A DNA stretch of 64,000 nucleotides. Source: Clostridia bacterium. GTDB lineage: Bacteria > Bacillota > Clostridia > TANB77 > CAG-508. Made by a program: the position numbers and the translations under genes. The stretch spans positions 4,987-68,986 of the forward strand of contig JAEESU010000018.1 in NCBI GenBank assembly GCA_016290095.1, given 5' to 3'. Below, piece after piece: positions 54,254 through 64,000 of the stretch (position 1 is its first letter; each line of letters starts with the position of its first letter). Under the pieces are notes generated by a model. The model saw only the letters and a list, made by a program, of their open reading frames with translations. It made no database searches and was not told where the DNA came from.

Positions 54254-55021
54254 TTAGTTATCTTTTAAATATATTGTTGGATTTACATTTTCTCCATTTT
54301 TATAAATTTCAAAATGCAGATGTGGTTCATCTGCTATCTCAAAACTAGCAGTATCTCCGACAGTTCCTATAGTTTGTCCTTTCTCTACTTCTTCCCCTTC
54401 TTTTATAAATTCCGCAGTGTATAAATTAGAATATACTGTTTTAAATTCATCACCATGTTTAATAGTAACAGTTAACCCGAATCTTGGATCATTTTTTATT
54501 GTGTCAACTGTACCTTCTTCAGAAGCGACAACTACACTTGTCTTAGGTGCTTTTATATCGATTCCTGTATGAGTTGTCCATTCTTCTAAAGTGTTTGAAT
54601 AAACTAATGTATCTACAGCATAATCCTTTAATATTTCTCCCGAAATTGGTGGTATAAATGAATATTCTTTTTTCTTGTTTTCTACTTTTTCTTGTTCTAC
54701 TTTATTTTCAATAACTGGTGTAACTGGCATAGTATTTACTGTATTTCTTACTACATTTTGATTTATAATATTTGATTTGCTTGATGCACTATTAATAGTT
54801 AAATCTCTTGATGAACTTGTTTCTTGAATTTCTTCATAGTTTGGAACTATATCAGCAATCTGCTTAATATTGGATAGACCTTCATTTGCTTTTTGTTTCT
54901 TTTTTTGATTATATAGCACAAAAATAGTTAAAAATAAGACTATAGACAAAATTAATGCAATTGCAAAAACATATATAATCTTTTTCATTTTCTGTTCTTC
55001 ATAATATTCTCTTCTGCTCAC
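54254..55021 (-). CDS. membrane-anchored M23 (LytM) family peptidase, possibly SpoIIQ-like
   Basis: N-terminal TM. C-terminal LytM domain with HxxxD and PHLHFEI zinc ligands intact. Lies directly downstream of spoIID, as spoIIQ does in clostridia. Confidence 0.65.
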   Translation of the reverse strand: MSRREYYEEQKMKKIIYVFAIALILSIVLFLTIFVLYNQKKKQKANEGLSNIKQIADIVPNYEEIQETSSSRDLTINSASSKSNIINQNVVRNTVNTMPVTPVIENKVEQEKVENKKKEYSFIPPISGEILKDYAVDTLVYSNTLEEWTTHTGIDIKAPKTSVVVASEEGTVDTIKNDPRFGLTVTIKHGDEFKTVYSNLYTAEFIKEGEEVEKGQTIGTVGDTASFEIADEPHLHFEIYKNGENVNPTIYLKDN

Positions 55022-55078
55022 TTAAATAACCTCCATCATTATAAATAACTATTTAAAGTATTTGCATTTTATTGAAGA

Positions 55079-56089
55079 TTATTCACTTATTTCCACATTC
55101 TTATAATAATATTTAATAATTTCTTCATAGTTTTTCCCTTGTTTTGCTAAATAATCACTTCCACATTGGCTAAAACCAACACCGTGACCATAGCCAATTA
55201 CATAAAAAATAATTTTATTTTCTTCTAATAAAAAATTAAAATTTGAAGATTTTAAACTAAAAAGTATTCTTGCATCTACTCCGGATATTTCGGTATTTCC
55301 AATTTTAATTTTTTTTACTCTTCCAGAATCAGTATATTCTAATATTTTTATACAATTAATATCATTATAATTTATTTTAAACTTCGGATTTTTCTCTAAC
55401 ATAATTTTCTCTAAATCATTTTTACTATATTCAACTTCAGATTTATATGATGTATATTCAGTTTCCCCAGATGTTTCTACACTTTGAAAATATGGATAAT
55501 CTCCCCCCCAAACCTCACTAGCTAATTCTGTTTTTCCTCCACTATTTGCATGAAATAAAGCATTAATTGGTTTTCCTTCATATAAAATTATTTTTCCAGC
55601 AGTACTATTAACAGATTCTATTATTTTATTCCAGTTATCGCCTCTTTCTTTTTCTTCCCACCTTGCCATTCTATTTTCTTTTGTTATCCATGCTTGACAG
55701 CAATTTGGATTATCACAAATATCAGCTATATCACCGTGTTTTCCACCATTTTCTATTTGATATATTGTATATGTTCTAGCTACAACAGCTTGAGCTTTTA
55801 ATGCTTCCATTTCGAAACCCGCAGGCATCTCACTTGAAACAACTCCATATAAATAAGTATCCAAACTTAATTCTTCAACTTCTCCTGTTTGGACATGAAG
55901 AAGTTTAATATTACTATATTTGCCATAATCAAATGGAGTTGTTACATCAGAAAAAGTTTCTTCTGTTTTGAATGGATTAGTAAATAACATAGGCATTATA
56001 AAAATTAATGATATTGTAAATACTATATAAAATAAAAATTTCTTCAAACGCAATTCTCCTTTATACAAGCATTTTATTTTTAAAATCAC
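55079..56089 (-). CDS. spoIID: stage II sporulation protein D (lytic transglycosylase)
   Basis: SpoIID/LytB domain motifs AQAVVARTYTIYQ and LFHANSGGKTELASEVWGG. Confidence 0.9.
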   Translation of the reverse strand: MILKIKCLYKGELRLKKFLFYIVFTISLIFIMPMLFTNPFKTEETFSDVTTPFDYGKYSNIKLLHVQTGEVEELSLDTYLYGVVSSEMPAGFEMEALKAQAVVARTYTIYQIENGGKHGDIADICDNPNCCQAWITKENRMARWEEKERGDNWNKIIESVNSTAGKIILYEGKPINALFHANSGGKTELASEVWGGDYPYFQSVETSGETEYTSYKSEVEYSKNDLEKIMLEKNPKFKINYNDINCIKILEYTDSGRVKKIKIGNTEISGVDARILFSLKSSNFNFLLEENKIIFYVIGYGHGVGFSQCGSDYLAKQGKNYEEIIKYYYKNVEISE

Positions 56090-56658
56090 TTAAAATTCTT
56101 TTTTCTATTCTGGAAACATGTACTTGTGAAATGCCAAGTATTTTAGCAACTTGGCTCTGTGTTTTATCTTTAAAATATCTTAAATTTATAATTAATCTAT
56201 CTCTAGTATTTAATTTTTCTAATAATCCATTTACTGTAAGCTTGTCTACTATTTTTCCTTGTTCATCCTCATCATTCTTAAGCACTTCTAATAGCTCATT
56301 TCCTTCTTCATCAATTTTTTCATAAATTGATTCAACATCTATTTTAAATCCTAACTCCTTTATATTTCTACTAATTTTTATTATTCCGTCATCCCTTAAA
56401 AACTTTTTTATTTCTCCAAGCATATACTGAACTGCATATGTTGAAAGTTCAACATTATATTCAAACTTAAACCTCTGTACTGCTTCGATAAAGCCTATAC
56501 AAGCAATTTGATATAAATCATCTGCTTCATATCCTCTTCCTAAAAACCTTCTTACAATACTCCATATAAGTCCGTTTGTTTTCCTCCAATATTTCTGCCA
56601 TTATTTTTTTATCACCTTGCTGTGCTTTTGCAATAAGAGTTTTATATCTCTCTTGCAT
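56061..56658 (-). pseudogene. sigF: sporulation sigma factor sigma-F gene interrupted by a +1 frameshift (and unusually compact)
   Basis: GGAGGG RBS then ATG at 56658 encodes MQERYKTLIAKAQQGDKKIMAEILEEN. A stop appears after 44 codons. The +1 frame continues ...NGLIWSIVRRFLGRGYEADDLYQIACIGFIEAVQRFKFEYNVELSTYAVQYMLGEIKKFLRDDG... through the region-4 HTH to the stop at 56061. The frame change is near the aaacaaacgg stretch at about 56572-56580. Confidence 0.7.
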
Positions 56659-56670
56659 ATTCCCTCCTAA

Positions 56671-57099
56671 TTATGTATTTTCTTTTTTTATTATTTTTTT
56701 CATAGTTAATTTTGTTCCAATTCCAACTATAGATTCTACTCTTAAATCATCCATAAAGTTTTCTATTATCGTAAATCCCATACCTGATCTCTCTAAATTC
56801 ACCTTACTTGTATAAAGAGGAGTTCTAGCCTCTTCAACATTTTCAATTCCTTCACCAGTATCAGAAATTTCAATTTCTACTTCATTATCATTTAATACAG
56901 ACTTAATTTTTATTATTCCTTCTCTATCTGGATAAGCATGTATTATACAATTTGTTACTGCTTCTGATACAGATGTTTTTATATCAGCTATCTCCTCTAT
57001 TGTTGGATCTAATTGTGATACAAATGCTGCAACCGCTATTCTTGCAAAACTCTCGTTTGCAGATTTGCTTAAAAATTCTAATTTCATTTCATTATTCAT
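56671..57099 (-). CDS. spoIIAB: anti-sigma F factor (serine kinase)
   Basis: 142 aa with a GHKL ATPase fold (EAVTNCIIHAY, DTGEGIENVEEARTPLYTS). Confidence 0.9.
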   Translation of the reverse strand: MNNEMKLEFLSKSANESFARIAVAAFVSQLDPTIEEIADIKTSVSEAVTNCIIHAYPDREGIIKIKSVLNDNEVEIEISDTGEGIENVEEARTPLYTSKVNLERSGMGFTIIENFMDDLRVESIVGIGTKLTMKKIIKKENT

Positions 57100-57413
57100 T
57101 AAACTAATTTCTCCTCCCTTATAAATCTTTTTAAACCGGATAACTCAAAGATTTTTCGTAATTTGTTATTTACATTTATTAATTCTATTTTCCCACCATA
57201 ACAACTTACCGTCTTATATCTCCCAATAATAAGCCCTATTCCTGCACTATCCATAAAATTAACCTTCTCGAAATCAAATACAACCCTTTTAGGCATTAAT
57301 CTTTGAATTTCATAATCAGCTCTTTTCTTTATCTTTTCTGACTCATGATGATCAATTTCTTCTGTTAATTCAAAAACTAAATACTTATCTTCAATAAAAT
57401 GTTTAACATTCAT
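57099..57413 (-). CDS. spoIIAA: anti-sigma F factor antagonist (STAS domain)
   Basis: 104 aa. Phosphorylatable Ser in the FMDSAGIG motif. Candidate sigma-H-type promoter upstream (AGGGAAAAA ... AGAAT). Confidence 0.9.
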   Translation of the reverse strand: MNVKHFIEDKYLVFELTEEIDHHESEKIKKRADYEIQRLMPKRVVFDFEKVNFMDSAGIGLIIGRYKTVSCYGGKIELINVNNKLRKIFELSGLKRFIREEKLV

Positions 57414-57518
57414 ATTTTTCCTCCTTTATCTTTTGCTATATTATTATTCTAAAAAGCTCATTTTTTCCCTTCGAAGAAAAAACACTAGTTTTGTCATATT
57501 TTAATAAGCTTTCGACAA

Positions 57519-57556
57519 AAAAAGATATATGGCTATAACCATATATCTTTCTTTTT
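57519..57556 (-). terminator. terminator after recD2
   Basis: AGATATATGGCTATAACCATATATCT hairpin plus T-run overlapping the stop codon. Confidence 0.7.
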
Positions 57557-59785
57557 TTATTTAATACTATTTAGTTTATCTACTAATCCAGAATTACGTT
57601 TCTTTATATCTGTGTTATTTATCATAAATTCAATTAATTTATTATTTCCTATTATTATTAAAAGTTTTTTTGCTCTGGTAATTCCAGTATACAACAAATT
57701 CCTTGTAAGTAACATATTTGATGATTGTGGAATTACTAAAATAACGACATCAAATTCACTTCCTTGTGCCTTATGTATTGTTATTGCATATGCATGTTCT
57801 AATTGTTCAAGTTCAGAAAATGCATACCAAGCATATTTTCCATCATCAAACTTGACTTCCATCTGCCTTTCTGTATTATCTATCTTACTTACTCTTCCTA
57901 TCTCTCCATTAAATACACCTGTGCCAGCATCATATGTTCGCAAATCATTTTTAGAACCTTTTTCCCAATAAATATCATAATTATTTTTGATTTGCATAAC
58001 TCTATCGCCTTCTCTAAAAGTAATTTCTCCATATGTCTTTTCAAGTATTTCATCTGTTTTGGGATTTAATTGTTCTTGAAGAGCTTTGTTTAATTCCTTT
58101 GTTCCAAGTTTTCCTTTTTTGGTTGGCGTTAAGACTTGAATATTTGTAAAGAAATCATAATCACCATATTTTTTTAATCTTTCTTTGCTTAATGATAAGA
58201 CTTGATAAATCATTTTATCTTGATTAGACTCATTGATATAGTAAAAATCATTTTCCGAATCTTCACTATAATCTTTTTTACCAATAAAGCTTACTCCATT
58301 ATTGACATTATGTGCATTTACAATTATCTTCGATCTAGCAGCTTGTCTAAAAATTTTATCTAAATGCACAGTTGAAAATTGATTAGATTCTATTAAATCT
58401 TTTAATATACTTCCTGGTCCTACTGAAGGAAGCTGATTAGGGTCTCCAACAAATATCACTTTAGTTCCAAGATAAATTGATTTTACTAAATAATTCATTA
58501 AAAAAACATCTACCATTGACATCTCATCAACTACAATGATATCGCCATCTATTGGAGTGACATCTGTATCTACACTAGCTAATTTATCTTCATCAAATTT
58601 TCCAATCTCTAAAAGCCTATGAATTGTTTTTGCGTCTTCTCCAGTTGTTTCACTCATTCTTTTGGCTGCTCTACCTGTTGGAGCACATAATACAACTTTT
58701 TTCTTGTGAGATTTATATATTTCAATTACACATTTTATTGTTGTTGTTTTTCCTGTACCTGGTCCACCTGTAATAATACATACATTATTTTCATTAATTT
58801 GTTTTATTGCATCAAACTGTTTTTCTGATAATTCAATATCTAATTTATCCTCATGTTTTTTTATTTCATTATCAAAATTTTTAAGTAACTTGATATTTTT
58901 TGCATCTCTTAATGCTATTAATCTTTCAGCTATATTTTTTTCCGCCTTATACATTGGTTCTAAATAAACAAATTCATTTTCGCCATCTTCCGTAATATGA
59001 ATTTCTGATGCAACATTTAAATTAATTATATTATCTTCTATATTTTCTTTGCTTACATCTAAAATATCTTGAACATATTGAACCAATATATCTTTTCTCG
59101 CACAAGTATGTCCATTATAACTTGCTACTAATAACGCATATTTTATGCCACTTTTTATTCTATAATCACTATCCATTGGAATTCCAATTTGCATAGCAAT
59201 TTTATCAATATTATTAAAGTTTATTCCATAAACAATATCTACTAAAATGTATGGATTTTCTTGAATTTTTTCTACCGCATTTACACCTAATGCATCATAA
59301 ACTCTTTTGCTATTATTAGCACCTATTCCAAATTCTTCAAGAAAGCTTACTATCTGCCAAACTTCCCACTTCTCGTTAAACTCTTCTCCCATCTCATATG
59401 CTCTGTCTTTTGAGATTCCTTTTATTTCTGAAAGTCTAAGTGGTTCTAGTTTAAATACGTTTAGTGTTTCCTCTCCAAATTTTTCAATTATTTTTCTGGC
59501 AGTTGCAGGTCCAATTCCTTTTATAGTTCCGCTTGCTAAATACTTTTCTAATGAAGCTGCATTTTGTGGCATTAACTTTTCAAATGTATCTATTTTAAAT
59601 TGTTCTCCATAATCTTGATGAACAACCATTTTACCATGTAATTTTAAACAATCACCTACAGCAATAAAAGGCAAATATCCAACTACTGTAATTGGTTCTT
59701 GTTCATCAGTAACAAGAATGGCTATTGAGTAGCTATTTGCCTCATTTTGATATATAAATTCTTCTATTTGCCCTTGTAGTTCCAA
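57557..59785 (-). CDS. recD2: ATP-dependent RecD-like DNA helicase (RecD2)
   Basis: 742 aa. Walker A ITGGPGTGKTT. Helix-hairpin-helix N-domain and C-terminal SH3-like fold. SF1 helicase motifs present. Confidence 0.9.
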   Translation of the reverse strand: MELQGQIEEFIYQNEANSYSIAILVTDEQEPITVVGYLPFIAVGDCLKLHGKMVVHQDYGEQFKIDTFEKLMPQNAASLEKYLASGTIKGIGPATARKIIEKFGEETLNVFKLEPLRLSEIKGISKDRAYEMGEEFNEKWEVWQIVSFLEEFGIGANNSKRVYDALGVNAVEKIQENPYILVDIVYGINFNNIDKIAMQIGIPMDSDYRIKSGIKYALLVASYNGHTCARKDILVQYVQDILDVSKENIEDNIINLNVASEIHITEDGENEFVYLEPMYKAEKNIAERLIALRDAKNIKLLKNFDNEIKKHEDKLDIELSEKQFDAIKQINENNVCIITGGPGTGKTTTIKCVIEIYKSHKKKVVLCAPTGRAAKRMSETTGEDAKTIHRLLEIGKFDEDKLASVDTDVTPIDGDIIVVDEMSMVDVFLMNYLVKSIYLGTKVIFVGDPNQLPSVGPGSILKDLIESNQFSTVHLDKIFRQAARSKIIVNAHNVNNGVSFIGKKDYSEDSENDFYYINESNQDKMIYQVLSLSKERLKKYGDYDFFTNIQVLTPTKKGKLGTKELNKALQEQLNPKTDEILEKTYGEITFREGDRVMQIKNNYDIYWEKGSKNDLRTYDAGTGVFNGEIGRVSKIDNTERQMEVKFDDGKYAWYAFSELEQLEHAYAITIHKAQGSEFDVVILVIPQSSNMLLTRNLLYTGITRAKKLLIIIGNNKLIEFMINNTDIKKRNSGLVDKLNSIK

Positions 59786-59788
59786 AAT

Positions 59789-60946
59789 TTACTCCCATTC
59801 CATATAATCTTCTAGTTCTAATAAAGCTTCAACTGCTTCCACATAAGGTTGCACTATTTTTAATTTTTTTGCAGTTGGTCTATCTAAATATAGAGCTGTC
59901 GCGACACATAAAACAAATTCATTGTTTTGAATATCTTCTATAGCATTAATTATTTTTCTGTCCTGCAATGTTTTTTTAGCTTCATTATATTTCATTTGAG
60001 TTTCTTTATGTATCTCATATAATTCATTTATAAATTCTTCAAAATCATATGGTTTATATTTGTCCATTTTATATATTTTAGCTGCTGTTTCTAATCCTCT
60101 AATTGTTTGAAGATTAAACTCATCCATCATTTTAAAGAATTCTTTTTGTGGGAAATAATAATAGTTTCCTTCCATTTTATTAAATGATTTCATTGTGTCT
60201 AAATATCCTAAAATAATATTTCTACTAATCTTTTCGTGATTAAAATTAAATATTCCCCCTAAATCTTCACTTGGAGATAATAATTTTAAATGTATATTTC
60301 TATCTTGTGTTCTCTGGCTGAACCCAACACCTTCAACATTTACAACTATTATGTTTTTATATCCTTTTTCTATTAACATATTTATTGGTGCATTATCATA
60401 AAATCCACCATCTACTAATTCTTGACTTCCTACTTTTTGAGATTTAAAAATTGGAAAACATGAGCTGGCCAAAATGTAATCATACATTTCTTCTTTAGGA
60501 ATATCTTTTTTGAAAAGTTCCAATGGCTTTCTATCTTTAAAAGAATATGAAATAATTCCAAAATCAATTTTTGAATTATAAATTTTGTCTAAATCTATGT
60601 TTTTAATTAATGTTTTTCTTAATGGTGTATTTTCTAGCCCTTTATTCTGAATATATTCTCTTAACAATTGCCTAATATTTGAAATATCAAACAAATTTTT
60701 ATTAGGATCTACTTTATCACTGATTTCCATAATATCAGTTATTTCAATGTTTTCATAAATTTCTATCATTTTATCAACATTATCTTGAAATGTTAATGCA
60801 CCATTTATTGCACCAATTGAAGCTCCAGTTATGGCATTTACTTTGATTCCAATATCTTTTAAAGCCTTCCATACTCCGACTTGATAAGCACCTTTAGTGC
60901 CTCCTCCTGCAAAAACAACAGCATATTCTTTATCAATTCTTTTCAT
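59789..60946 (-). CDS. patatin-like phospholipase
   Basis: GGGTKGAYQVG oxyanion-hole motif, GASIGA GxSxG nucleophile elbow, and DGGFYDN catalytic Asp motif. Confidence 0.85.
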   Translation of the reverse strand: MKRIDKEYAVVFAGGGTKGAYQVGVWKALKDIGIKVNAITGASIGAINGALTFQDNVDKMIEIYENIEITDIMEISDKVDPNKNLFDISNIRQLLREYIQNKGLENTPLRKTLIKNIDLDKIYNSKIDFGIISYSFKDRKPLELFKKDIPKEEMYDYILASSCFPIFKSQKVGSQELVDGGFYDNAPINMLIEKGYKNIIVVNVEGVGFSQRTQDRNIHLKLLSPSEDLGGIFNFNHEKISRNIILGYLDTMKSFNKMEGNYYYFPQKEFFKMMDEFNLQTIRGLETAAKIYKMDKYKPYDFEEFINELYEIHKETQMKYNEAKKTLQDRKIINAIEDIQNNEFVLCVATALYLDRPTAKKLKIVQPYVEAVEALLELEDYMEWE

Positions 60947-61087
60947 ATTATTATATCCTTTTACATTTTTTTAAATTCTATCATTTATATTAATGCTTTT
61001 CAAGTTTCAAATTGTTTTTAAATTATATTTACAACTATACTAAAAATAATATATACTATTAATATAAAAAAAATAGAGGGGATTTTT

Positions 61088-63194
61088 ATGAGAAATACTT
61101 TAGCTAATACTATTACAATTATTCTTATTTTATTATACTTTCTACCTTTTATTCTATCAGCAGTTTCATTTTTTATAGGAGAAACTGACATTAATCTAAA
61201 TCCGTTTGATTATGCAAGAATAACTGATGTTGATTATAAAGCTATTTTATCTGATAGCGGTGATGGTAGTGCTTTAATCAAAGAAAGGATAACTTTTGAT
61301 ATTCATGCAGCATCAAAAAATAACCTTTTTTGGGAATTATGGCGAGACTTGCCTGAAGAATATACAGATGAATTAAAAGTAGATTACACTGTTCATTCTG
61401 TTAAACAGATATTAGATGATGGAACTGTTATTCCATATGAAGAAAGTGACTTTTTATACTGGGATGATTCAGATTTTGTAAATCGGTCCTGGTAAATGGT
61501 ATCACAGTAAAGGTCCATATAATCCAGATATGAGAAGATATGAATGTGTGCTTATTTATGTAAATGGATTATATAGAGAAAATGTTACTTTTGAAGTAGA
61601 ATACGAAATGCAAAATGCTGCTATGAGATATAATGACTGTTCAGAATTATATTTAAGTATGTATTCTGGAAATACAATTAAACATTTAAAATCTTATAAA
61701 GGTCAAATATTAGTACCCAAAAGTATAATGCCTGATTCAGGAAATTACACTGCTCATACATTTGGTACTATAGCAAACGATTTTGAATTTCAAGAATCTG
61801 ATTCTTTAAATCCTGGACATCATACATTTTCATTTGTGTTAAATGAAAATCAATTGAAATTTAGACCTTATAATCAATACATAGAATTTAATTTAGTATC
61901 TTTTGGAGGAGATAAACATATCTTTACACAAAATGCTCCAATAGGTCAATACTATTATTATAATTATTTACCTGAAAGTATAGAAGAACAAGAAAAATAT
62001 GATTCAACACCTAAGTATTACAATAAAATAAAATTAACAATCTTATCTGTTAGTATTTTGGTTTCTGCAGTAGTAATATATGGAACAGTTCAAAAAGATA
62101 AGAATATGAATAAAAGATATAAATTCTATAAACCTGAAACAGAATTTATTTATTATAGAGATATTCCAAGTGACTTAGATCCAATATTTGCATCAGAACT
62201 TGCTCTTTGTAGAAAAGGTTCTAAGAAAAAAGTTCAAACAGATTATGCTGCTATAATGTTGAGTTTGATTCGAAAAAAATATATAGAACTTGAGCGAATT
62301 AATACTCAAAAAGATTGGGATAAAAATAATATAAAAATTATTATTAAATATAATAGACCTGTATTTGATAACCCAATTATTGTAAACGCTTTAAATTACG
62401 CTGCAGATGAAACAAGTCCTACAGGATATTCAAGCTTTGAGCCTCTTTTCGAGTCAGAAAAGCTACTATTTAATTTAATTTTTAAATATGCAATTAATAA
62501 CGAATTAACTTTAACAAATTTCCAAAATAAGCTTGATATGAATTATGAAGTTTCAGATACGTTTGTTAAAGATATAAATAAAATACCAACAAAAATTGGA
62601 ATGGAAAAAAATTATATACAAAAAATTGATTATAAAGCACCTCAAAGAACTCTTAGAAGTGAAGGCGGATTTGATATTTTTATTGGAATAATATTTATGC
62701 TTATTAACATTCCTTTTTATTATAGTCGTATAAGTTTTGCATTTGGTTCTTTCTTCTTAATAGGATTGTCTTTCATGCTATCAGGATTTTATAAAAAACA
62801 TTTAAGTTATAATTATGCTTTATTAACTCAATTCGGAGAAGATGAATTTGAAAAATGGTTTGCATTATATAGTTTCTTAAATAGTGAAACTTTAATGAAA
62901 GAACGTACTGTAATAGAACTTCCTTTGTGGGAAAAATATTTAATTTATGCAACTGCATTTGGAATTTCTGAAAAAGTTATAAAGGCTCTAAAAATAAGAT
63001 GCCCAGAAATAGATATACAAAACAGTTCAAGCGTTATTCTTAGAAATCATTATTTTAGAAGCCATTCATTCTATTCTCACTCACGTTCAATTAGATCATC
63101 AGCTTATCGTTCTTCACATATTGCTAGTTCAGGCGGTTATGGCGGATACGGTGGCGGCGGCCGAGGTGGCGGCGGCGGTGGCGGTGGTCACTAA
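61088..63194 (+). CDS. DUF2207-family membrane protein with glycine-rich C-terminal tail; N-terminal domain split across two overlapping frames (apparent frameshift near 61490)
   Basis: ORF 61088-61495 carries the signal peptide plus the start of the extracytoplasmic domain. ORF 61530-63194, whose frame stays open upstream to about 61485, carries the rest. That part includes TM helices, the LWEKYLIYATAFGI motif and a (G)n tail ending SSGGYGGYGGGGRGGGGGGGGH. Confidence 0.55.
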
Positions 63195-63238
63195 ACAAAA
63201 AAACAAAAGAGATGAACTTTAGGTTCATCTCTTTTTTG

Positions 63239-63901
63239 TTAATCATCTCTTATTTTTTTCTCTTTTAATTTCATCTTAAGCCTTATTGGTTTAACATCTG
63301 AATATCCATCAGTATAATATATATGTAATCCTTCTTTTTGATATTTGCATAATATTCTTTTTAAATCTACTTGTATAAAATCTCCAATTATTAATATATT
63401 TTTTATATTATGATTTTTTAAGTAATCTGCTGATGGTAAATCTTGACCATAAATATCCCAACTATTATCAAAAACAGATGGATTCATTTTATATCTCATT
63501 TTTCTATTTCTATCTAATAAAAATGCTGGTAATGCATCATTTTTTATATTATTTCTTTGAAGCTCCAATGCTCCCCATGTTAATGCACTAACAAATGCAT
63601 GATTATTAGTTGTAGTAATTGAATTATCTTGTTCAATCACTCCATTAAATACTGGTATCGGTCTATATCCGTATTTTATTAAAGAAATTCCAACTTCAAT
63701 GCTTTCATATTCTGGCATATCTATTATAATTGCTGCATTATTCATATCTTCAATAGAGCAATAAATATTTTCTACTTTAAAATCATGTATTTCATCTTTA
63801 TCATTATAATTGTTCATGAATACAAATGGAACTGGTCTGACCCATTCAGTCCATTCTGCCCCTTCTGGAGCCCAAACTTTATATATTTCTTTATTTGTCA
63901 T
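63239..63901 (-). CDS. hypothetical protein
   Basis: 220 aa starting at the ATG at 63901 (MTNKEIYKVW...), which overlaps the upstream stop (TAAAATG). No known domain. Confidence 0.45.
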   Translation of the reverse strand: MTNKEIYKVWAPEGAEWTEWVRPVPFVFMNNYNDKDEIHDFKVENIYCSIEDMNNAAIIIDMPEYESIEVGISLIKYGYRPIPVFNGVIEQDNSITTTNNHAFVSALTWGALELQRNNIKNDALPAFLLDRNRKMRYKMNPSVFDNSWDIYGQDLPSADYLKNHNIKNILIIGDFIQVDLKRILCKYQKEGLHIYYTDGYSDVKPIRLKMKLKEKKIRDD

Positions 63902-63902
63902 T

Positions 63903-64000
63903 TTATCCCCTTTCAATCAAAACAGGTATATCAGCTGCATATGAATCAATACGTGGTTTAGAGCTTATTCTTGCATAATAGCCTGCGTGTTTTCCATCAA
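63903..64000 (-). CDS. 3' end of an upstream gene (partial, N-terminus beyond window)
   Basis: Open frame ...DGKHAGYYARISSKPRIDSYAADIPVLIERG* running into the window end. Confidence 0.3.
   Translation of the reverse strand, partial: DGKHAGYYARISSKPRIDSYAADIPVLIERG

Overview
This window is a very AT-rich (about 27% GC) stretch of Firmicutes chromosome from a spore-forming clostridial lineage. Sporulation genes present are spoVT, spoIIAA, spoIIAB, a frameshifted sigF, spoIID and an M23 peptidase that may be SpoIIQ-like. Gram-positive envelope genes present are ltaS, a sortase and an LPPTG-anchored protein. It is mostly core housekeeping: glyA, trxA, trxB, gpx, dfx, malQ, glyQS and valS each with a T-box leader, carAB, dnaE, truA, cdaA and recD2. 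Accessory content is interspersed: a MarR/OhrR-regulated oxidative-stress operon, several polytopic glycosyltransferase-like membrane proteins, a GT14 enzyme, a LemA/DUF3137 pair, a patatin-like lipase and DUF2207 proteins. Two short segments of about 45-50% GC stand out against the background. One embeds a tRNA-Leu(UAA). The other abuts a tRNA-His/tRNA-Gln pair. Each carries orphan small ORFs behind textbook consensus sigma-A promoters. Other candidates for follow-up are a translationally coupled comFC-like gene plus KAP-family P-loop NTPase gene, a compact AlaRS-like protein lacking the C-terminal C-Ala domain, and a membrane-anchored sigma-factor fusion. Also flagged are a valine T-box that first controls a DUF2207-like membrane protein, a tandem DnaA-box cluster, and a near-identical palindrome pair flanking a 1.7 kb cassette. 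Several proteins are shorter than their usual homologues, which hints at a genome-reduced, host-associated clostridial organism (inference only). No CRISPR array, transposase or integrase was seen.
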